Assembly: GCA_949372595.1 (NCBI GenBank)
Contig: CASIAN010000005.1
Span: 21,772 to 85,771 of the forward strand
Direction of reading: 5' to 3'
Source of the DNA: an uncultured Rhodobacteraceae bacterium
GTDB lineage: Bacteria > Pseudomonadota > Alphaproteobacteria > Rhodobacterales > Rhodobacteraceae
Length of the DNA: 64,000 nucleotides
Both the position numbers and the translations under genes were made by a program. The notes below the pieces were generated by a model. The model was not told the DNA's origin, searched no databases, and worked only from the letters and a program-made list of their open reading frames with translations. Position 1 is the stretch's first letter, and the number at the start of each line of letters is the position of its first letter. Positions 21,076 through 28,492 of the stretch are shown piece after piece.

Positions 21076-21563
21076 AAATTTACGGTGTTACAGGTTGGAA
21101 AAATGCTGGCAAAACCGGCCTGATGGAACGGCTGGTGGCCGAGATCACAAGCCGTGGCTTTTCGGTGTCTACCATCAAGCATGCCCATCACAGCTTTGAC
21201 GTTGATCATCCGGGCAAAGACAGTCACAGGCACCGCGTTGCCGGTGCCCAAGAAGTGCTGCTGGCGTCAAAAAATCGCATCGCTCTAATGCGGGAATTGC
21301 GCGATCAAGAAGAGCCCGATCTTGCGCATTTGCTCACCCGGTTGTCGTCGGTCGATCTGGTGTTGATTGAGGGCTACAAGCGCGACCGTCACCCCAAGAT
21401 CGAGGCGCATCGTTCTGCGACCGGTCAGCCGTTGATTGCGCCCGGTGATGATACCATTCGGGCGGTCGCCAGCGATGTGCCGTTGACGCTTGAGCGGCCG
21501 GTGTTTGACCTCGATGACACCACTGCGCTGGCGGATTTTGTTTTGCGTGAGGTTGGCTTGTGA
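21072..21563 (+). CDS. mobB: Molybdopterin-guanine dinucleotide biosynthesis adaptor protein B
   Basis: P-loop in YGVTGWKNAGKTGLMERL, then IKHAHH...D.PGKDSHRH. 4-nt overlaps on both sides. Confidence 0.9.
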   Translation: MKIYGVTGWKNAGKTGLMERLVAEITSRGFSVSTIKHAHHSFDVDHPGKDSHRHRVAGAQEVLLASKNRIALMRELRDQEEPDLAHLLTRLSSVDLVLIEGYKRDRHPKIEAHRSATGQPLIAPGDDTIRAVASDVPLTLERPVFDLDDTTALADFVLREVGL

Positions 21564-23674
21564 CCCAGTTCGACACGATCGCGGTGGTCGATTGGTCGGG
21601 GGGCAATGACACCGGTCCAAAGCCGCGCAAAGATGCGATCTGGCTGGGGGTTGTGCGCAATGGAGAGGCCGAGGAGCCGCTTTACTTGCGCAACCGGGCA
21701 GTTGCCGAGGCAGCACTGGTGGCGCTGATTGAGCAAGAAAAGGCAGCGGGACGGCGATTGCTGGTTGGGTTTGATTTTCCCTTTGCCTATCCGCGCGGGT
21801 TTGCCAAAGCGCTGACTGGTCAGGCCGATCCGCTGGCACTTTGGGCATGGCTGGAGGCCCGGATCACGGATGAGAAAACCACCAATAACCGCTTTGATCT
21901 GGCAGCTGAGATCAATCTGTCACTGGGGGGGAAAGGCCCGTTTTGGGGCAATGCGCTGGGCCGTGATATCGCTGGTCTTGGTCGTACCAAGCAAGACTAT
22001 AGCGCCGCGCCATTTTCGGAAAAGCGCCGGGTTGAGAGCCTCGCCAAGGGCAGCTTTACCTGTTGGCAGCTGGCCGGTGCTGGCGCCGTAGGTTCACAGG
22101 TCCTGATGGGTCTGCCGGTGCTGTCGCGGTTGCGGCGGCGCTTTGCAACTGATCTGGCGGTATGGCCGTTTGAAATTTCTAAAGGCTCAGACGCCGCAGT
22201 TGTTCTGGCCGAAATTTGGCCCTCACTGATTGCCGGTGCGGTGCGGCAGGCGCAAACAGACGGCGGTATTCGCGACGCCTATCAAGTGCGCTTGTTGGCT
22301 GTGGCGCTGTCGCAAGTGGCGCCGGATATACTACAACAGATGATTGCGGCTGAGACCGATGAAGAAGGCTGGATTCTCGGACAGGGGTTTGAGACCGATC
22401 TTGAGGCGGCGGCCTTGCGGTTGCAGCCTCCACCGCTGCGCAATGACTGTTTTGCGCTGCCAGCTGGGGTTGATTGGACGCCTGTCGAGACCGCGTTGTC
22501 CCTGTTGCGTGACCGCATGCAGGTGGTCAAGGCCACGGTAGAATGCCAGACGGCACAGGCGCAGGGGCGTATTTTGGCCAACCCAGTATCTGCGCTGCGG
22601 TCCAACCCCCCCGAGGCGAATACAGCCGTAGATGGCTATGGCTTTGCTTATGCGGGTGGGGCTGCAGGGACGCAGGTTTTACCCCTGGTGGCCGGGCGTT
22701 CTGCAGCAGGTGTTCCCTTTGCGGCAAAAGTGCCTGCGGGTCATGCGGTGCGGGTGCTGACCGGAGCTGCGCTGCCCGACGGGGTTGATACGGTGGTTTT
22801 GGACGAAGATGTCACCGCAAGTGCAACGCAAATTGCGTTTCGTGGGCCCCTAAAGCGCGGGGCCAATACTCGGCAGGCAGGCGAAGATATTGTGAAGGGT
22901 TCTGAGGCTTTGCCGGCGGGGCGCTTGCTGACACCGGCAGATCTGGCCCTGTTAAGCGCGGTGGGCTGTGCTCAGGTGCCAGTGCGCGCGCGGTTGCGGG
23001 TGGCGGTTCTGTCCACCGGCGATGAGTTGCGCGAGGTGGGCCAAGACGCCGGGTCCGGGCAAATTTTCGATGCCAATCGGCCGATGTTGTTGTCGCTGGC
23101 AACGCGTTGGGGGTTTGAGCCAGTGGATTTGGGCCGCGTCGGCGACGATCGCAACGCGCTGCGTGCAGTATTTGATGAAGGCGCGGCGCGGGCCGATGTC
23201 ATTTTAACATCTGGCGGGGCGTCGGCGGGTGACGAGGATCATGTTTCGGCGCTTTTGCGCGCGACTGGAGCGCTGCAGATGTGGCGGATCGCATTGAAGC
23301 CGGGGCGACCGTTGGCGCTTGCGATGTGGCAGGGCGTGCCAGTGTTTGGCCTGCCAGGAAATCCGGTGGCGGCACTGGTTTGTGCGCTGGTGTTTGCGCG
23401 CCCCGCGATGGCGGCGCTGTCTGGTCAGGGCTGGATTGATCCGCAGGGCTATGCGCTGCCGGCGGGCTTTGAAAAGCAAAAGAAACCGGGACGCCACGAA
23501 TATCTGCGGGCGCGGGTGCGAGATGGCCGGGTAGAAGCCTTTGCCTCTGAGGGGTCGGGGCGGATCAGCGGATTGAGTTGGGCCGAGGGTCTGGTCGAAT
23601 TGGACAGTGCGGCTCGTCATATCCGCCCCGGTGATTTGGTGCGTTATCTGCCGTTTGGCAGTTTTGGGATGTGA
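21560..23674 (+). CDS. moeA: Fusion protein: uncharacterised ~290 aa N-terminal domain + molybdopterin molybdotransferase MoeA
   Basis: Residues ~295-704 form a full MoeA (…VDGYGF…VLTGAALPDGVDTVV…STGDEL…ILTSGGASAGDEDH…PGNPVAAL…). Residues 1-292 (MTQFDTIAVVDWSGGN…LLVGFDFPFAYPRGF…VLAEIWPSL…) are not part of MoeA. Confidence 0.85.
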   Translation: MTQFDTIAVVDWSGGNDTGPKPRKDAIWLGVVRNGEAEEPLYLRNRAVAEAALVALIEQEKAAGRRLLVGFDFPFAYPRGFAKALTGQADPLALWAWLEARITDEKTTNNRFDLAAEINLSLGGKGPFWGNALGRDIAGLGRTKQDYSAAPFSEKRRVESLAKGSFTCWQLAGAGAVGSQVLMGLPVLSRLRRRFATDLAVWPFEISKGSDAAVVLAEIWPSLIAGAVRQAQTDGGIRDAYQVRLLAVALSQVAPDILQQMIAAETDEEGWILGQGFETDLEAAALRLQPPPLRNDCFALPAGVDWTPVETALSLLRDRMQVVKATVECQTAQAQGRILANPVSALRSNPPEANTAVDGYGFAYAGGAAGTQVLPLVAGRSAAGVPFAAKVPAGHAVRVLTGAALPDGVDTVVLDEDVTASATQIAFRGPLKRGANTRQAGEDIVKGSEALPAGRLLTPADLALLSAVGCAQVPVRARLRVAVLSTGDELREVGQDAGSGQIFDANRPMLLSLATRWGFEPVDLGRVGDDRNALRAVFDEGAARADVILTSGGASAGDEDHVSALLRATGALQMWRIALKPGRPLALAMWQGVPVFGLPGNPVAALVCALVFARPAMAALSGQGWIDPQGYALPAGFEKQKKPGRHEYLRARVRDGRVEAFASEGSGRISGLSWAEGLVELDSAARHIRPGDLVRYLPFGSFGM

Positions 23675-24164
23675 GAATTATACTCTTTGATCATATTTTT
23701 TTCAGCTGGGCGTAGCCCAACTGCGATTGCATCCTGTTCAGTTGCTCTTGCGTTGATCCCTTTAATATAGCTCTTTTTGGTGCCGATTTTTTCACACCAT
23801 CCTTTGTGCACCCACTCATTATTTAAGTATGTTGCCAGAAAGTAGGGCTTTGTGTCATTGTAAATCTGATCTGAGACTGCGCGTTATCTGTCAGGATAAG
23901 ATCAGGCCTTAACCTAACAAACGGTGTATTTTGGTCGCTTTGCTTTGGGTGAGCATAGTGGTCGTTATAATCGAATTTAAAATTTAGTTGGTCTAGATTT
24001 AGGTGTCACATCAAAAGTTTTTTGGCAAACGCTTAGGATATTTGTCATTGGTGCAGTCTTGACGGATCCAGATTTTATCTGCACCCTGATTGAGGTTTTA
24101 TTGAGCCTGCTTTCCTGTTCTGTCATCCCTGGCTAAGTCTGATTTTGCAAAGCCAATGTGTGCG

Positions 24165-24359
24165 TCAGGTCTTTGGGCTGATCCGCCCCATCATGCGAAG
24201 CAAGGCTTCATAATGATCGTGAAGATCTTTGGCGTGCTGTTCCTTATTGGGATCTTGTTGAACAGACTCGGAGAGGTTGGAATTTTTACGGGGGTTTTTG
24301 GCTACTGTTTTTTTGGCTTTAGACCGGTCTGATGGACGGGTCGACCCGCTGTTTCTCAT
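24165..24359 (-). CDS. Hypothetical small basic hydrophilic protein (64 aa)
   Basis: The ATG at 24359 is preceded by GGAGG at 10-nt spacing. The product MRNSGSTRPSDRSKAKKTVAKNPRKNSN... is Lys/Ser/Asn-rich with no family recognised. It lies in the AT-rich island. A weak call. Confidence 0.3.
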   Translation of the reverse strand: MRNSGSTRPSDRSKAKKTVAKNPRKNSNLSESVQQDPNKEQHAKDLHDHYEALLRMMGRISPKT

Positions 24360-24584
24360 GTGAATGGCGCCTCCATGTGATTTATATATCAATATTTACT
24401 TGCAAACACTTTTTACTATGAATGTTTTCAATCTTAGCGCTTTTGCGGCAAAATTTATAGTGTTTGCATTTAGATCATCCAATTTCACTAAAGTCTGGTC
24501 ATCCAATAACGGAAAGAACCATGCGCATGCCGCATAGCAGCATTGCAGATTAAAGGCTTCTGCGTCACGCCATAATATGCGAAC

Positions 24585-24686
24585 TTAACCCACAGGGTTC
24601 ACCTTCTCCCGAACCCTTTATTGAATATCTTTCCTCCCAGATTGATTCAATGCTCTGGCGGCACCTTCGGGTGTCGCCTTTTTTTT
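24585..24686 (+). ncRNA. Candidate small regulatory RNA with two anti-SD (CUCCC) hairpin loops
   Basis: Hairpin 24595-24616 has loop ACCTTCTCCC. Hairpin 24621-24650 has loop TTCCTCCC. A terminator hairpin and T8 follow. The 5' end is a guess taken from a weak TTAAAG-N17-TAATAT promoter (24550-24578). Confidence 0.45.
24657..24686 (+). terminator. Intrinsic terminator (ends the candidate sRNA)
   Basis: GGCGGCACC-TTCG-GGTGTCGCC forms 9 bp with one G.U pair, followed directly by TTTTTTTT (24679-24686). Confidence 0.7.
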
Positions 24687-24848
24687 GTCACAGATATTTT
24701 GAAGTGAACTTGGACTGCTACTGGCAGGGTTGAAGCCACTTCGGATGAATAAAGGGGGTATAACGCGTCATGCACGGGTTGAACGAAATTGCCGGTGCCG
24801 CGCTATAAAGGTCTGCCAACGGTGCAGTTTTAATGCCCGTTGGCTCGG

Positions 24849-25901
24849 TTAATCGAACGTGCCGGCCACCCGACCCAGCAGCATAAACGCGCGGGCCGTC
24901 CTCGTGTTTGACAAGGCTGATATTTCAATATCGCTGGCGGTTTGTTCAAATGTCAGGAAGTTCTTATCAAAAAGGCGCAGAAAATGATGTGCCGAATCTC
25001 GAAAAATTGGATCTTGTTTTAGTCTCAAAGTGGCTCTTGCAAGGGCCCCTCGGTCGCGTACACCACCCAAAGCGGCGATTGTGCGACCGCGTTCGCCTGC
25101 GGCAAAGCGACGCCATACCTCGGGGCGCGCCATGTCGGGGCGCAGGTCGTCCATATAGATACCGTCTTGGCTTAACAGTGTCAGTATATCCTGTGAAGAT
25201 TGTACGAGCTGTGCTGAATTGCGATCTTTTAGGACGCGCTGAAGTGCGGCAAAGCCCTCGGCATCTTCACTGTTTTCAGGAAAGTTCAAAGCGCGAATAT
25301 AATCGTGATGCGCCAGTGATCCCGTGGCCTCTGTACTGAGGCCCTCTAAACCCAAATTGCCTTGATCGTGTGACGTTTCTGTGGGTGTTTTTCGGTTGGG
25401 TTGAGTGGGCTGGATACGTTGGCTGGGGGGGGCTGCCTGTGGTGCGGGGGCTTGCATATTCTGCTGCACAGATTTGATCTCTGCCAAGGCGTTTTCCAGC
25501 ATCTGTTGGGACAGCACGACTTCATCTAGTTTTCTTGTAAGCGCGATCGTACCGTCGGTATGCGGTTGTTTTGGCAGGGCTGCATAGGCCTGCCGCAGCG
25601 TTATCAAGGCAGCGTCGGTCCTGCGCGCCTCGTCTTGTGTCATATGCAACAGGTGTAATAGAGCCGCGCCGATCCAGATCAACCCGATCGGCAAGCTTGC
25701 CAACAACAGACCGATGAAAATATCTAATGTGGAAAACTGATCCGTGGTGCTGGGTCCAAACACCATCACTGCAAGCGATATTGCACCCCAGACAGCACTT
25801 AATATGGCCGCAGGAATGGCAATCGAAGGCCTTGGAAGACCCGCATGCGATGGCACAAAGGTCGGTATCGCCGAGGGCGAGTTGTCACTGGGATCGGCCA
25901 T
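24849..25901 (-). CDS. Conserved hypothetical membrane protein (2 TM + coiled coil + Pro/Gln linker + C-terminal globular domain)
   Basis: I chose the ATG at 25901 (MADPSDNSPS...), which removes the overlap with greA. Two hydrophobic helices are followed by a heptad-like segment and a ~150 aa C-terminal domain (…GIYMDDLRPDMARPEVWRRFAAGERG…TRTARAFMLLGRVAGTFD). No function recognised. Confidence 0.7.
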   Translation of the reverse strand: MADPSDNSPSAIPTFVPSHAGLPRPSIAIPAAILSAVWGAISLAVMVFGPSTTDQFSTLDIFIGLLLASLPIGLIWIGAALLHLLHMTQDEARRTDAALITLRQAYAALPKQPHTDGTIALTRKLDEVVLSQQMLENALAEIKSVQQNMQAPAPQAAPPSQRIQPTQPNRKTPTETSHDQGNLGLEGLSTEATGSLAHHDYIRALNFPENSEDAEGFAALQRVLKDRNSAQLVQSSQDILTLLSQDGIYMDDLRPDMARPEVWRRFAAGERGRTIAALGGVRDRGALARATLRLKQDPIFRDSAHHFLRLFDKNFLTFEQTASDIEISALSNTRTARAFMLLGRVAGTFD

Positions 25902-25914
25902 AGCACGCTTTCGG

Positions 25915-26385
25915 TTAGATATATTGAATGCTGAGCACTTCGTAGGATCGGTCACCGCCGGGTGTCTTTACTTCGACGCTGTCGCCTTCTTCCTTACCGA
26001 TCAAGGCGCGGGCAATGGGGGATTTTATATTGAGCAATCCCTGTTCAATACTCGCCTCATTCTCGCCAACAATCTGCCAGGTTTTTTCTTCATCCGTGTC
26101 TTCATCGACCAACCGCACGGTGGCCCCAAATTTAATGGCACCCGACAGGCTGGTTGGATCGATCACCTCGGCCAGCGACAACGTGCCTTCTATCTCTTTA
26201 ACCCGACCCTCGATGAAGCTATGTTTTTCACGTGCCGAATGATATTCGGCGTTTTCGGACAGGTCGCCGTGTTCGCGGGCTTCCGCAATGGCTTTTATGA
26301 TTGCTGGGCGTTCGGTTGACTTCAAATGTTTGAGTTCGGTTTCAAGCGCCGTATGGCCCCTGCGCGTCATAGGTTTTTTTTCCAT
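25915..26385 (-). CDS. greA: Transcription elongation factor GreA
   Basis: [54 protein letters not shown]... 156 aa. The track ORF's 87 upstream codons are spurious. Confidence 0.93.
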   Translation of the reverse strand: MEKKPMTRRGHTALETELKHLKSTERPAIIKAIAEAREHGDLSENAEYHSAREKHSFIEGRVKEIEGTLSLAEVIDPTSLSGAIKFGATVRLVDEDTDEEKTWQIVGENEASIEQGLLNIKSPIARALIGKEEGDSVEVKTPGGDRSYEVLSIQYI

Positions 26386-26644
26386 TTGATCCGGTTCCGG
26401 TCGTTTGTGTTCTTGGGCCGCTCTACCGCATTTTGCCCCAGCCATAGTCCCAAGGAATGCGCCACTTTGCAAGGCCTTACCCCATTGTAGGCGATGCTTG
26501 ATATGGGCGCAATCAGGATGAATAAGTAAACGACTGTTGCTTACGACCGGTTTAACATAGGCTGATGGTTGACGCCGGCGGTTTCGACACGCTAGGCATG
26601 CACAGTAGATGAGATCGTTGTTAACCCCGCTATAAGGAGCGACC

Positions 26645-28297
26645 ATGGCCGAAATTGAACGAGAAGCAATGGCTTACGATGTTGTGATCGTCGGGGCGGG
26701 GCCAGCGGGCCTGTCTGCTGCAATTAGGCTCAAGCAGCTTTCAGCCGATATCGAGGTTGTGGTGCTGGAGAAAGGCTCTGAGGTTGGGGCGCATATTCTG
26801 TCGGGCGCTGTGCTGGACCCTAGTGGGTTGAACGCTTTGATCCCCGATTGGAAAGAACGTGGCGCGCCAATTAATACGGCTGTGAAAGAGGACAACTTTT
26901 ATATGCTTGGCGAGGCGGGACAAATACGCCTGCCGAATATGATAATGCCGCCGCTGATGAACAACCATGGTAATTATATTGTTTCAATGGGCAATGTCTG
27001 TCGCTGGCTGGCCGAACAGGCCGAGGCTCTGGGTGTTGAAATATTTCCTGGCATGGCGTGTTCTGAATTGATTTATGCCGACGACGGTGCCCTCAAAGGC
27101 GTGGTGGCAGGTGAATTTGGCAAAAACGCGGATGGTACGCCGGGGGACGGTTATGAACCGGGTATGGAATTACACGGAAAATATGTTTTTCTGTCCGAAG
27201 GCGTGCGGGGGTCACTCGCCAAGGAAGTGATCGCCAAATACAATCTCTCTGCAAATTGCGATGTGCCAAAATTCGGGATTGGCATGAAAGAGATTTGGGA
27301 GGTCAAGCCAGAAAATCATAATCAAGGCGAGGTCACCCATACGATGGGCTGGCCGCTCGGGTTGAAGAACAGTGGCGGCTCGTTCATCTATCATCTTGAG
27401 AATAATCAGGTTTATGTGGGCTATATCGTCGATCTGAATTATAAAAATCCCTATCTGTTTCCGTATATGGAATTCCAACGGCTCAAACATCATCCGAAAA
27501 TTGCCAAAATGCTCGAAGGTGGCAAGCGCATCGCTTACGGTGCCCGCGCCGTGACCAAAGGCGGGCTGCAATCGATCCCGCAGTCAGCATTCCCGGGAGG
27601 AGTTTTACTGGGTTGTTCAGCCGGCTTGGTCAATCTGCCGCGGATCAAGGGCAATCACAACGCGATGCATTCGGGAATTGCGGCGGCCGAAGCCGCCCAT
27701 ACGGCGCTGCAAAATGGGCAGTCGGGTGATATGTTGGTGGCCTATGACACCGCTTTGCGGCAGGGGCCGGTGGGCAAAGATCTGAAGAAAGTGCGCAATG
27801 TAGCCCCGCTTAATGCCCGCTTTGGACCGCTGGGTGGGTTGGCGCTTGGTGGCTTTGACATGTGGTTTCAGACCCTGCTTGGCTTTAGTTTGTTTGGCAC
27901 CCTCAAGCATGGAAAATCCGACGCGCAATCGACGCAAGAGGCCAGCAAGCACCAGCCGATTGATTATCCTAAGCCCGACGGCAAATTAAGTTTTGATCGT
28001 CTGACCAACGTGTCGTTTGCGATGACCAACCACGAAGAAAGCCAACCCGTACATCTTAAACTGGCCGATGCTAGCATTCCGATCTCAGTGAATTTGGCGA
28101 AATTTGCCGAACCAGCTCAGCGATATTGTCCGGCTGGGGTTTATGAGGTGGTGCATGAAACGGACAAAGACCCGCGCTTTGTGATCAATTTCCAAAATTG
28201 CGTACACTGTAAGACGTGTGACATAAAAGACCCCAGTGAGAATATCACCTGGGTGACTCCTCAAGGTGGCGATGGGCCTAATTATCCCAATATGTAG
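26645..28297 (+). CDS. Electron-transfer flavoprotein:ubiquinone oxidoreductase
   Basis: FAD fold in [18 protein letters not shown] and a C-terminal 4Fe-4S ferredoxin-like region (RYCPAGVYE...[12 protein letters not shown]). 550 aa. Confidence 0.93.
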   Translation: MAEIEREAMAYDVVIVGAGPAGLSAAIRLKQLSADIEVVVLEKGSEVGAHILSGAVLDPSGLNALIPDWKERGAPINTAVKEDNFYMLGEAGQIRLPNMIMPPLMNNHGNYIVSMGNVCRWLAEQAEALGVEIFPGMACSELIYADDGALKGVVAGEFGKNADGTPGDGYEPGMELHGKYVFLSEGVRGSLAKEVIAKYNLSANCDVPKFGIGMKEIWEVKPENHNQGEVTHTMGWPLGLKNSGGSFIYHLENNQVYVGYIVDLNYKNPYLFPYMEFQRLKHHPKIAKMLEGGKRIAYGARAVTKGGLQSIPQSAFPGGVLLGCSAGLVNLPRIKGNHNAMHSGIAAAEAAHTALQNGQSGDMLVAYDTALRQGPVGKDLKKVRNVAPLNARFGPLGGLALGGFDMWFQTLLGFSLFGTLKHGKSDAQSTQEASKHQPIDYPKPDGKLSFDRLTNVSFAMTNHEESQPVHLKLADASIPISVNLAKFAEPAQRYCPAGVYEVVHETDKDPRFVINFQNCVHCKTCDIKDPSENITWVTPQGGDGPNYPNM

Positions 28298-28492
28298 CCT
28301 GTAATCTTGGCGTGCCCTTTGTGGAATCGGTGAAAACCGCTTTTGAACGGTAAGTTTAGGTCAATATTAGGGTTTTTGTACCACAGAGAACCCCTTTGGC
28401 ACAGAACTGTGTCACTGTTTGTTGAAACATACAGGCAACAGCATTAGGTATGTATTTATGTTTACGTCAACATTGGGGCAGAGTGTACGCGT

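Noticed and set aside
23641-23890. The 10-nt direct repeat GCGTTATCTG at 23641-23650 (end of moeA) and 23881-23890, considered as att-site or target-site duplication flanking a small insertion.
   Set aside because: A single 10-mer match among the roughly 7x10^5 position pairs in a ~1.2 kb region is expected by chance about once. No integrase, transposase, tRNA or terminal inverted repeats accompany it.
24418-24537. A 39-codon + strand ORF (MNVFNLSAFAAKFIVFAFRSSNFTKVWSSNNGKNHAHAA) upstream of the sRNA candidate, considered as the DUF1127-type small protein that precedes cuckoo RNAs in Rhodobacter.
   Set aside because: It has no Shine-Dalgarno and no DUF1127-like motif (no …L.D..L.DIG..R… pattern). 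It lies in AT-rich sequence where such frames arise by chance.
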